Positions 25,201 through 35,873 of a DNA stretch of 64,000 nt are shown here, one piece after another. Below the pieces are notes generated by a model. That model was given only the letters and a program-made list of their open reading frames with translations, made no database searches and was not told the origin of the DNA. The first letter of the stretch is position 1, and every line of letters starts with the position of its first letter. The translations under genes and the position numbers were made by a program. Origin of the DNA: Phoronis australis (taxonomy: Eukaryota > Animalia > Phoronida); contig NMRA01000342.1 of assembly GCA_002633005.1 (NCBI GenBank), positions 396,056 through 460,055 of the forward strand, written 5' to 3'.

Positions 25201-28200
25201 ACCTCCAGCGACTCAAGTAAGAGTTCTAGATCGGCTATACATCGCCATATTTAGATTTATAAGCTCTGCTATTTATCGCGTGACTTTTAACTCCACCAGA
25301 AGGGGTTGGGCTGCGACCCCTGAGGTCTAATTTCCAATACGCCTTTGGTCTGATCTAAACAAACTCTTGACCTGCCGATGATGCCAATTCAACTCGGCCA
25401 CAATTGACGTGAGACCATAATACAAATGTATGCCGTGATGACTTGAATTAGAAATTGAATTGATTGTATTTTCTCAAACAGTCACGGTCAGTTGGATACT
25501 AAACTGGACGTGAACAGCAAATGCTCTACCGTGGCTGCGATACAGCATCCAAAAATACCACAAAATCGTATTTGTTTGTTTTTTAATTGTTGATTATTTT
25601 TCATATTCATGTGGTTTTTAAGTATCGTAAAACACTTCACATGTGTGTGAATGTCTTTTTAGCGCCACCACAGGCTACGACGCCACCAACAACGTCACCA
25701 ACAACGCCACCGCCTGAGAAAGGTATCTACAGTTTTGTCATCTCGTTTCGATTTTTGAGATTATCCTCGGTCTAAGGGGCAACAAAATCTGTTAGTTTTG
25801 AACAATGTACCCTACACAAAAGAAACTTTTAGTGAATTTTTTCCAGCTTTGAGACATCCTCGCTGCTTCCCTTCGTACCTAGCCAGCACGCGGGTATCAC
25901 GCAGTGGCACGCACTTTAGCATTGGCTAATGTAACCTCAGCAGTCATTAGTTAGCTTTACAACACTATGAGAAAATGGCGGACTGTGAACGATTTTTAGC
26001 CTTGTCATGCAAGTGGCGTCGCAGCAACTATTTCGTTTCTGCAGTGATGTTTAATAGCCGCATGCTTGAAGCACATACATGTACAATAAACACATATCTG
26101 GCCGATTTAACCGGTTTGTTATTCATACTGTATGAATACAGGACAGTATCCTAAACATAAGTCACAGTAGAAAGATGCACTCCGAAATGGCGCAACCACA
26201 ATTTCTATGATTCACATTTCCTGAACATGAAATTAAGCACCGATTTGTCTGTACAACAGACCACATTTACAGTCCATCAGCCATGCCAATTTGTTTGTGT
26301 AAAGCGCTGTCTTTTGAGAATTCGACTAGCCAATAAGAAACGCCGGTGATACCTGCGTGCTGGCTAATGACCACCTAGCGGCACGCGGGGAGCCAGCGAG
26401 TGAGACATCATGTATGGTATCAAATTTATGCAATAGATGGCGCCCTGTTGAATCAACTGGTAAATCTGAAGAACTCTACTGAAAAGGTGGAGCCCAGTGT
26501 TTAATTTGTAATAAGTTTCAAGTTTGAAATTGTATCTATCATGGAGTGGATGCTCGTGAACAACCTACTGGGTCGAAATGTAAGTCGATGACCCTACTCG
26601 CCAAACTTGAGTCATGGGTCTTCTACATGCGTACTGTACTTCAAATCTCTTTATCTTACTCCATATGGTTGTGTGGGATTTTGTACGCCTAAATTAATGT
26701 GTGTGTGTGTGTGTGTGTGTGCGTGTGCGTGTGCGTGTGTGTGAGCGCGTGTGTATATGCACATGTTTCCGGTTGCATACATTGTATTTTCTTTAATCTG
26801 TCTGGGAGTTCGGTTGTCCTCTCGATATCTCAAAAATCCGCTGTCGGATCTTGTTGAAATTTGGGCATAACTAGGGCGATGATTGTCTCTTTTCAATCTT
26901 CCCGGGTTCCCAGTACCAGCGAGGCGGGACTTTTCATTGTTTTCTTTGGCGAGGTGGGTGCGTTTCTAGAAAGATGATTGTCCTGAGATACTATGCATAA
27001 TGGATTTCTTTGAGACTTGATACAAAAGTATGTGGCGAAAATGTGTCGAGGCTAGTGTATTTTGGACGGATGCGTCCCTTTCAGGGCGCCTGTAAAGCAA
27101 GTTTGGCGGTGTCACGCAACTCTGAGCAATATATCGCTATGAATTATATGCGAAGTATATGTTTTCATTCGTGAACATCTTGCCTTACGCAGAGTGCTCG
27201 AGGCTAGTTCAGTAATCGAACTTTCGAGATAGTCAGTACTTTGTGATACGGCGGTTTGATACACTAGCGAACCCAATCATACGGATATCAGGGGCGGACC
27301 CAGGATTTTTAGTTAGGGAGGAGCAGGGCAGAGTATTAGCCAGGATTTTGCCCGTCAGAAATTCGCAGCCCCCAATTGCCAAATGGAATCTGCCGTGGGA
27401 GAGTTTTAGGGGGGGGGGGCATGACTCCTTTGGCCCCCCTTTAAATCCGCCACTGTGAGATAGATGAATACGTGGTATATCAACTTTTTTCCTTGCGAAC
27501 CGCATTCACATAGCAGCATTTATCAAATTGTAATCGCCATTTGTACATGTAGGTCGCTTCATTAAGTGCTATTCATGCGTTAACTGCGACGAACCCTTCA
27601 ACCCGAACGCCAAGGGTGTAGTCATCGAATCGTGCTCCGGGAAATGTGAAAAGAATTACAGATCAGCATTTACAAGCACTGTCAGTGAGTACCTAACGTG
27701 ATCTATTTAATGCTTTTCTGTGTCACATGGTGTCCCTGGACGATCATGTGTCAGTTTAGTCAGTGGTAGATGACTCTGCGTTTATAAATTAAACGAGAAG
27801 TTTCAACTCCAATCATGGGTTCTGAGATTTCACATTGACCTTTCATAAATAGCGAGAGACGTCATAAACACTCACGGATTGTGAAATAGCGGTCACTTAC
27901 CACTCCTACACTGTTTGTAGAGATCACTTTATTATAAATACGGGTATGTTGGTAAATGTACTAACTATCCAAAATCACAGCTTGGCGATCACCTTCATGA
28001 CATTTTCTGAATCTCATAAGTCCATGCTCTGGGATGCGCACCGATCGATTTCCGCTAGCGATAAAAGGTCAATGTATCACTTGCAATACGCAGTTGAAAT
28101 GTAACAGAGGTTTTATTCACTCGACCATCAATTTATAACGTTTTAGATAGAGCATTTTAACAGTTGGCCGATGTCTCGTGCAACTTTTCGGAGCTGAAAC

Positions 28201-29217
28201 GGCCTTACTTGTCTTGCTGATTTCTTACCGTTAATTATGAAGTTCCACGTCATCAACACTTTCTTTCGACTCCCGAATATTTTTGATTTACTTGACTTTC
28301 GAAGAAATGTAGGTTCCAATAATTTCACCAACTCTTGTCATACCATTACCGACTAATCTTATAACGCTAAAACAATTTCTTAAAACATTTTCCTTTCACA
28401 TGACAAACTGTTAAATTAAACGAGATTAACTTTAAAATGTCTAGATAAACCTACTACTTGGTAAGACTTGAGCTTTTAAAAAGCGTTTCAAGTCTAAGAC
28501 ATGGGCGACGGCGCAGCACTGGAAAAAGGGGGGCTATAGCCCCCCGTCCCCCTGAGGTACACCGCTCATAGATCATGGGCGCCCCCCAGCCCCCTATGGT
28601 TTCACGTTTGTTTTCACGCGATGAATTTAAAACGGTGTAGCAACCAATGTTGAATACTTAAGAAGCGCTTTGGATTAAACAAATGCTGAATATTGCCGAA
28701 TAAGCCAGCACTTCAAGTCGAAGTCAACCCGTATATGCGCCATTTTGGAATTTTAGGCCGGTTGCCCAATCCCTGTTAACTCTGAAGCGTTTTCTTGAAT
28801 CGCTTATACTGTCGATGTCCTTTTCGGTAACGGAAATAGAATCCTATCACGGTCAGGAATAGTATGGCACCGATTTTATGAGAGTTAAAGACAAAGTTCG
28901 ATTTTCGTTTTCAGCCAATAAAACGGGGCGATACTCAGCTTTAAAACGACCTAGCTAATGTAACTACAATTATTTACGTATTTCTAGATTTCTTTTGGTA
29001 TAGCAGCCGAATACTTTATTCTTTTACAGATGGTACACGAGTAGACAGGGCGTGTGACGCTAATGCTAAGGACGTCGTTTGCCCTCCTCCTATTTCTTTA
29101 TTTGGGTGGACTACAGTGGATTGTTATTGCTCAACAGACCTGTGTAATAGTGCAGTGACACCTACATGCTTAGGGGTAGTGGTCCTGACTGCCGTTCATA
29201 TCTTGTTCAGTTTGTAA
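16164..29217 (+). CDS. GPI-anchored Ly6/uPAR (three-finger, quiver/sleepless-like) protein with micro-exon-encoded mucin-like N-terminus; join(16164..16218,19242..19265,19795..19848,21565..21600,23629..23670,25663..25722,27553..27684,29030..29217), 196 aa
   Basis: All 7 introns are GT..AG and phase 1, and the spliced frame is open: MEAKTICSLCVMLISVGLVAG-QNSTEGTTSTQAAATSAPAQSNNASTAEPTAESTTAKPVAPTQAPASTQAPPQATTPPTTSPTTPPPEKGRFIKCYSCVNCDEPFNPNAKGVVIESCSGKCEKNYRSAFTSTVNGTRVDRACDANAKDVVCPPPISLFGWTTVDCYCSTDLCNSAVTPTCLGVVVLTAVHILFSL*. Ten Cys from KCYSC to CYCSTDLCN, followed by a hydrophobic C-terminus. Confidence 0.85.
17208..17722. mobile_element. Kolobok-like MITE with ~90-bp imperfect TIRs, intronic
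   Basis: TTAA|AGGAGAAGGCAACC..TTTTTAGCAAAAA..CAGACATATTTTTCA..TTAATTACAG is mirrored at 17640-17722|TTAA. Confidence 0.75.
19242..19265 (+). CDS. Ly6-like gene micro-exon 2 (24 nt, VAGQNSTE)
   Basis: TTTACTTTCAG| ... G|GTAAGG, phase 1-1; completes the signal peptide. Confidence 0.75.
19795..19848 (+). CDS. Ly6-like gene micro-exon 3 (54 nt, GTTSTQAAATSAPAQSNN)
   Basis: TAGCAG| tandem acceptor, G|GTAACC donor, phase 1-1, GC-rich T/S/A codons. Confidence 0.72.
21565..21600 (+). CDS. Ly6-like gene micro-exon 4 (36 nt, ASTAEPTAESTT)
   Basis: TTTTTTTCTGTTTTAG| ... CAG|GTAACA, phase 1-1. Confidence 0.78.
21840..22064 (-). mobile_element. tRNA-derived SINE with LINE-derived 3' tail and target-site duplication
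   Basis: Minus strand: A box TGGCCTGGTTG, B box GGTTCGAGTCC, CCCTTGAGCCAGG central block, tail GTGCAATGGGCCCA..GAGGCCTGCGCACGTCTG, short (ACT)n end. TSD AGGTCGCTTT(T)AGT at 21826-21839 and 22065-22077. Confidence 0.8.
23629..23670 (+). CDS. Ly6-like gene micro-exon 5 (42 nt, AKPVAPTQAPASTQ)
   Basis: TTCTCTCTTTTTCAG| ... AAG|GTAAGT, phase 1-1. Confidence 0.8.
23830..24500 (+). mobile_element. Decayed non-LTR retrotransposon RNase H fragment (I/ingi/Loa-group like)
   Basis: RAGWG..TSSTRMEFESIQRAL..IIFATDSMAVL..VIWSFVPGHAGVLINERADYLA is an RNase H1 motif set; frameshifted downstream. Confidence 0.85.
24537..24681. repeat. Perfect 29-bp tandem repeat x5
   Basis: Unit CAGACCATGTTGTACAAGTCGGCTTGTCA repeated 5 times with no spacers. 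Confidence 0.95.
24798..24881. repeat. 28-bp tandem repeat x3
   Basis: Unit CTGCATAGACAGAGCGCAGGCGCAAAG(T/C) with a few substitutions. Confidence 0.92.
25663..25722 (+). CDS. Ly6-like gene micro-exon 6 (60 nt, APPQATTPPTTSPTTPPPEK)
   Basis: TCTTTTTAG| ... AAG|GTATCT, phase 1-1, internal TTPP/TTSP repeats. Confidence 0.8.
25859..26400. mobile_element. Non-autonomous TIR element with perfect 9-bp TSD (Mutator-like)
   Basis: Termini CTCGCTG / CAGCGAG, sub-terminal IR TAGCCAGCACGCGGGTATCAC / GTGATACCTGCGTGCTGGCTA, TSD TGAGACATC at 25850-25858 and 26401-26409. Confidence 0.8.
26698..26754. repeat. (GT)n compound microsatellite
   Basis: Direct reading. Confidence 0.9.
27289..27454. mobile_element. 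MITE of the CAG(G/T)GGCGGA..TCCGCCACTG family
   Basis: Inverted termini; related ends at about 4729, 8865-8990, 35874-36977, 37061, 38025, 40298-40600 and 44303. Confidence 0.65.
27553..27684 (+). CDS. Ly6-like gene exon 7 (first half of the LU domain)
   Basis: TACATGTAG|GT CGC TTC ATT AAG TGC TAT TCA TGC..; IKCYSCVNCDEPF..ESCSGKCEK; donor A|GTGAGT; 132 nt, phase 1-1. Confidence 0.9.
29030..29217 (+). CDS. Ly6-like gene exon 8 (second half of the LU domain plus GPI signal)
   Basis: CTTTTACAG|; VDRAC..C..DCYCSTDLCNSA, hydrophobic tail LGVVVLTAVHILFSL, TAA. Confidence 0.9.
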
Positions 29218-31177
29218 TGACTGTTTTTTGACCGGATCACGGAGTGAGTAATGCACCGTCTTACGTTATTTGAGACCCGATTCGAAAATTGACCAATCAT
29301 TTGTCACGTTTTATGTCAACTTGTTGTTCATCACTGCTACAAGGCGAAGCACTGTAACGTAGATTCTCATTGGTTGTGATTAACGCCATTATAAATTCTC
29401 TTCACACTGGTAAGAGTAGCTGGTCTTCCAATGCAGCAAAATCGTGTTGCTATAGATATTGATAACATAAAACGTCCTGAATTCCCCTAACAGCCTCACT
29501 ACAAGTAAGTTAGCGAGCTTGGGCAATAGAAACCATGAGCAATGAAGCAGATAAAGCCGATTTTGAATAGGTAAGTTATCTAAATCAAAAACAGTCATTT
29601 GATTGAAGGCACCGGTTATTGAACCATTAACAGAACGAAGTAACATTTGAACATTCTGACTGGTTGATTTTGAGAACTGCAATCAGTGCTCTGCTTTATT
29701 GACACCAAGAGCGATACATCCCTGCCACACTCTTACGATAGCCGATAGCAAAGTCTCAACTAAAACAACAGCAGTACCTTTCCCCCAGGACCTTCATGTT
29801 TACAACAAACACAAAAACCGAGGCATGCGTATTGAGGCGCACATCACGGATTTCTGCTTGTTGGTCATCATCCTTTCCCGCGGTCGCTGTCTTTCAGAGG
29901 TGGCGCTGCGGCGGATATTTCATATTATGCTATTGGTCAATTTTCGAGTCTTGTCTCGACTAAAGTTTGATGGACCCTGGTCTGTGACGCAAAAGTGAGA
30001 CACTGAGCAATGTCCATGGTCCCGCTGTGTCCCCCGGTGGCCACGCCAATGGTGATTACTGGTTAATTGGATTGTTCGTGAAGTGCTGCCACCTTGTGCA
30101 AGAAGATACCGCTTGCTACGCTAAATTGTTAACCAGTAATAACATTTTAATCATCAATGGCCGGAACTCTTCATACTTTGTGGTTTCGTGTCTAGGTTAG
30201 TCTTGTAGGTGTATCTAGTCGCAAATATGTGCAACTTGGCTTTTGATGATTATTACCGTTAAAGTGCTGAAGCAGAATGACGTCAGTCAACACTCTGACG
30301 TAATTGAACACCCATGACACGTGGGAAGCACGGCAGTGACGTTTAAGTGTGTGTGTAGCTAGGCTGCGTTCCGCAGAGCAAGTTTCTTGGGGGGGGGGGA
30401 CGAAATCGTACAATTCTTCGTGAAATACTACAATGTATTTATACGGACAGTACGTGATCACTCTTAGGTCACTTCCCAGTGCCTTGCGTCAACGGATGTT
30501 CATACGTTATCCAAGGTATGAAGCAGGGATTATTTTAGGAGCGCACCCCACGCCATTGGCGTAAAAGCAATTTCCCTGGCGACCATTGTGAATGCTTTGC
30601 TCGGGTAAACGCGCCCATTACAATTGGAAGAGAAAAAAGACAAAAAGCTAACATGGCCCGTGCGTCCTCCAAGTTGGCTCATAGACTTGAGGCCGTGCGG
30701 GTCATTTCACCAATACTCGCGCTTTTCTAAAATGATCCCTGGCGATGTTGAGTTTATTTTGATGTCCATTATTTTATTTTAGCACACATGGGCGTGAATA
30801 TTATTCTTATTAAGCGTTGTACACTAGCTGTTGTATTATATACAGAAACCTGCTCATCTTTTAAAAGAAGGCTTTCACTGTGATGTCTTTAATTGTTTAC
30901 TAACTGGAGGTATTATGTATTCTTTATTTGCACATAAGGTTATTTACAATGGTACAAAGTCATTTATTGAAGTTCATTGGAATGAGGACTTTAAATTTCA
31001 AACGATACTAAAAATATTTTGCTTGTTTTTATAATTAAATTGATTTAAATCGGCATTCTTACACTGTTAAGCTGGGTAAAAAACGAAAATTGAAATAAGA
31101 CTTAAGTCCCGTCCACAAACAGCCCACACGTGAACAACTTAGACTAGTGCAACTTACCCTACTTTTAAGTGGAGCGT

Positions 31178-31308
31178 CCACACACACACACACACACAGA
31201 CACACACAGACACACACACAGACACACACAGACAGACACACACACAGACACACACTCAGACACACACACAAACACACACACACACAGACACACACAAAGA
31301 CACTCACA
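31178..31308. repeat. Compound (CA)n/(CAGA) microsatellite
   Basis: Direct reading. Confidence 0.95.
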
Positions 31309-32710
31309 CGCGAAAATCAACACTTAATGCGAATACGGCGTGCAAAAAAACGCGTCTACATGGGTAACCGCAACTGATAATTGTGACAGTACCTGCTATT
31401 GTCTGGGTGTATCTTGTTCGTTGGGTCATTGTTATGGCACACGTCGGCCTGTTACAGTTTTCATTTGATTGACGAACCTTGACCATTCTTTTACATGGTG
31501 TCAGGATTTCACAAAAACTAAGAGAACTATGACTGCAACTTTAATATACGGGTACAGTCATGGTGTGGTCTATTGACAGCAACGTATATTCACGATTTAG
31601 ACTTTGGAAATGGAAATGCAAACTGTTAGACCTACTCACGGGGCCCATGGCCGAGTTTGAGGAGGACATTAAGTGCAAATACCTGTTTTCTGGGCTGGTC
31701 AAAAGGTTTAGAAATCTGCAATAGTTGATCCCTCATAAGGGGTGAGGACAAGATATTGCAGAACTACTGGACCCGTTTTGAAGCCCATGTTAAACCCAAC
31801 TCCAAGTGAACTTGTGTCTGCGTATGAACTAAAACAAGACAGTGATTCTCTTGAGGAAATCATTACTGCACTTAAATCCTTGGACATTGATGCAGGGTAC
31901 CCCTGAGAACACCACGACACTAGGTTTATGAAAGATTTCTTTAATTAGTATTCGGAGTGAATTCCGACCGTGCCAGAACAGAATGGTTCAAGGAAGGGAA
32001 TGCTCCTACATTTACCCGCACCAGACATTGAACAAGGCCGATGAGTCTGCTGAGTCACACATAAAACTTATGCAACCCTAAGGTATTAATGCCATCTCAC
32101 CCCCAAAGTCTCAGCTGACCCGCTCTTCCTGGTCATCCGGTCCGACCCGGCGAGCCTACTCGCTCTGATCAGAACCGCGAGCATCGAATGTAATCTGAAA
32201 AAACTGTTTGGGTCATCCCCACGCCCTCACAAGTGCCCTGCTAAGAATGCCCAATGTCATAAGTGCTATGATGCGGGTCACCATGGTAGTCGAACACATC
32301 ATGTGTAGCCTAGAGCATGTGAATTGGGAAACGGAAACACGTACATCTACTTGATACGCCCGCCGAGAGCACGAACATTGTGCAGCCGCCAAGTACATTT
32401 CTGGGGTGATAAAAGTGATCTCCTGTCCCACCCGTATCTTGCATGTTGCCACAAACGCAGAGAGGGCCCTCCACTAGCTAGAGCTGAGTGCGAGTCCGGA
32501 AGGCCCGTCTCACCGATTCGTGTCGCCAAAGATTGAGACGTAGGTGCAGAAGCTAATGTTTTACCAAAGGACGTATGACTACAGTTACAGCCAGACTGGC
32601 ACGTCTAAGTACATCAATGTTTACACTGGAAGCTTACGGTGGTACTGAGATCTCCAGTCTGAGCAGTACGTACACCCAATAGTGCTCAAACATTGCGTAA
32701 TTTGTCGAAA

Positions 32711-32869
32711 TCTGCCTCCCGTTCTGTAACGCTAGGACCTCGCTAAAAACCAAGACTTCGCGAGATTACGTGAGATATTGCTGTGAAATTTGAATGAGAG
32801 CACGTGACTTTGACTAGGTTTTAGCTAGGTCCTAGCGTAGGTCCTAGCGTCTAGTGAACGCACGCCGGG
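32711..32869. mobile_element. MITE family A, copy 2, nested in the Gypsy relic
   Basis: Near-identical to 7962-8120. Confidence 0.8.
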
Positions 32870-33259
32870 TGTGTGTGCTGTTGTACTGGGCAACCTGTTT
32901 ACTATGCTAGTCATTCTTCATTCGAGACAGAAATAAGATATAGCAACATTGAAAGAGAGATCCTCGCAGCCTGTTGGTCATAAGAAAAACTCCACCACTT
33001 CATTAGGGCAAACGCGTAATTCTGGCAACAGATCACAAAGCATTGGAAAGCAACTGAAAGAAATCTATCGTTAAACGTCCCCTCGATTACAGCGCCTCCT
33101 TTTGAGGATGTCCAGATGCAATGTAGATGCGATGTACGTGGCTGGAATTATTAATGCAGTTGCAGATGACTTATTCCGTGTCATTAACAAGAGTATGCCG
33201 GACTAGGACTCACCAGACATCTCTGTGATAGGCTTCAATGCTATTACCAATAGAATACC

Positions 33260-33492
33260 TGCGCGCACTCAGCCTAAAAAATGGGGGGCTCGAATTTTTG
33301 AGAATATGGACGTTTTACTAAAAAACGAGGTACATTCAGAGCCGTGAATTGTGCATTTGCCGAATTTTTAGTGGGCTTTTGTCACGTTTTCTACTTCTTC
33401 GGACTTTTTGTTTCTCTCAGGCGGACCTTTTTGTCCACTTCGCCAAATGGAGGGCTCGTTCGAGCCCCCTGACCCCCAAGGGTGCGCGCATG
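33260..33492. mobile_element. Small TIR insertion nested in the Gypsy relic
   Basis: Ends GCGCGCAC / GTGCGCGC; the CAGCCTAAAAA..CTCGAATTTTTG block recurs at about 40366-40515. Confidence 0.55.
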
Positions 33493-34564
33493 GAATACGT
33501 GCAAGACCTGCCAAGCTTCATGAGATAAGAGTTGACAGCAGACGTTTTAAGACTATCTGACTATCTCATCTGAAGGATGTTGTGTTTGATGGTTGTCGCG
33601 AAACCATAAAAACTGACCCCAAGACCTGAGGGAGTACTGAATTTCAAGGAGGACATCAGTGTGGAAAACGGCTTACTTTTCAAGGAGCACCGGGTTAATA
33701 TCCTCCCACCATTGAGAAAACAAATGTTAGAGCTGATTCATCAAGTCGCCTTAGAGTCGAGAAAAGTTTGCTGAAAGTCAAAAAAGTGTATTCTGGCCCG
33801 GTATTTGCAATGAAATAAAGCTGATGACCCAGACCTGGTGTGCTTAGAATTATCTAAGCAGCAACAAAAGGACCCACTCCCACCGCACGCCATACCGACA
33901 TACCCCTGGCAACGAGTTGGCACAGATTTATTTGACTTCCAGGGACCTACGTATCTGCTTGTTGCTGACTACCACAGCAAATTCCCGTTCATGACCAACT
34001 TTTGCGGAAAATGTGGATAATGAACCGCGCGTTACAGTTCAAAAGAGTTTGGAAAGTGTGGGTGATTACTCATAGCAGCAGCTCTCCGATGTACCTTCAG
34101 AGTAACGTTTTCGCCGGAAAAACGGTACAAACCGTGAAACAGATCCTGAAAAATACACATGAATCTGGCGAAAACTTCTATCTTGCGATGTTGAACTACC
34201 GTACAACGCCTTAAGACAAACAGTTGTTCTCCCCGCCAACTATGCTCAATTCGAGAAGTTATCGTACCCAGTTACCTACATGTATCAGATGGTCCCACGG
34301 TGTGGAAGAAAATCTGGAACAAATTCAGGTGCGGTAAAATCGTCAAAAGGCGTATAACGAAAGAAATGCAAGACGTCCACACCCAGCAACCGGTTGTAGT
34401 TTACCAACCCAGCTCTAAGACTTCGACATCGGCTACAGTCATGAAAAAGGCTGACGAGCCACGCTCATACGTTTTGAAAACCCAGGATAGGGCTGAATAC
34501 TGTCGTAACCGCTCTATGGTCAAACCTTTTAGAGTCATCGCCAGATTCTCATGAACCCTTTTGA

Positions 34565-34700
34565 CGCACGCATGTAAGCGAGAGCAAGCCAAGTGACGGA
34601 GTAGCGAACGTCCAACGCGCTACTGTTTGGGAAATGATGTTTGAGTCAAGTTCACCGATGAAGTTGTTGCTTCCAGCTGATTCACCCTGCAACAGTGCAA
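34565..34700 (-). pseudogene. Decayed partial duplicate of the LamG2 middle exon (58062-58409), including its splice acceptor
   Basis: GEsAGSnnfIGELDSNI / frameshift / PNssALDVRYSvTWLA versus GEAAGSYKLIGELDSNIHIPNNGALDVRYSITWLA; the intron flank TGCACTGTTGCAG resembles TACACTATTACAG. Confidence 0.85.
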
Positions 34701-35873
34701 CTGTTGTTGTAAGCGTGTTGTGGTAGGTATTAAGACTAGGACCCACTACCATCACACTTTTCAAAATTCAACTCCAAAGCTAACAGCTCACACGTCTAAT
34801 AGTAATCGAAGAGAGCCCGCACGCAATTGGCCATTTTCAAGTAGTCTCGGGTAAAGTTAAATAGACTAGAATTTCCGGCGCGGACACAGGTAACGTGGCA
34901 CTGCAGCAAATTTGGCTTAACAATTTCCTGGAGGACGATTTTCAATCACTTACAATGTTTGTCACCGTCCTGATGCTAAGCATCATTTTTCCAGTTTGCG
35001 TACAATGGTGACTGCAAAGTAGGCCAACAAACTTGAACTAGAAGGTGACTGCCAGTGAGGACCGCAATAACTCTTTGTGCAATCTTGTTGCTGACGTCAT
35101 GGCATATATGATGGTGATGATGGCGATTCTGATGCTGATCAGTGTACGTTTACCTTCTGGCAATTAAAGTTATTGCAATAGGAGACAGCTGGTTGGATAC
35201 TGTGAGTGGTGGTGAGAAGCACAGATGTTCAATTGTCGATGCGTTGGAATACAAATTGAGTGAAACTTTCAGAAGAAAGTACAGTTTTATAGCTCAACTA
35301 ATTCACCAAATGACCTCAAATTTCGGGATTGAAACGTGTTTGCATAAACAAATCGCACCGAGGTTTTCCGTAGATAAGCCCACCCGATGAAACGCCCATG
35401 ACGAAGCAGATTTTGTATGAAATGAACTTACCTTGAAACCATGGAAAACTGCCACTAGATAAAACGGACAGACTTCTGCACTGCTTAGATTGGATTAGTT
35501 TATACGAGGTTATCGAATTAATACGGCAGACTAATTTCCGTTTATAATAGGGGTATCGGTGAACTTCTTATGGTTCATTCGCGTGTGCACGTGCTTGTAG
35601 CTTGAGCGTGTCTTTATATGATAAGGAGCAAGAATACACAAGGCCACGCTATCGTCCATTATGTCAAGTGGTTAAGGTACTTTTACGTCTTTGGTACGGC
35701 CTTCACTGTGAGGTCACCCCATCAGTGCATCAATTGTTTATAGTATTGCATATTTTTATATTGAAAACGAAAACGTGCTTGTTCGACCCATTGAAATGTG
35801 GCGTTACCCGTCGTCTCAGTTAACAGTATTGTTCATTTTTCGTTTAGGGTACACAATGAAAATATTGGTTTTG

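Larger units (their letters stand above)
31496..34550 (+). mobile_element. Decayed Ty3/Gypsy LTR retrotransposon (gag, protease, RNase H and integrase relics; RT apparently deleted)
   Basis: ACA|TGGTGTCAG LTR-end/PBS-like junction; gag YWTRFEAHVKP and CPAKNAQCHKC knuckle; protease DVGAEANVLP; RNase H YSNIEREILA..TDHK; PRLQRLLLRM; integrase PWQRVGTDLFDFQG.TYLLVADYHSKFP, SSPMYLQSN, LAMLNYRTTP, EPRSYVL. Many stops and frameshifts. Confidence 0.92.

Noticed and set aside
34826-34862. GTCTCGGGTAA match to the LamG2 first exon
   Set aside because: Only about 11 bp and in the opposite orientation to the neighbouring pseudo-exon; compatible with chance.
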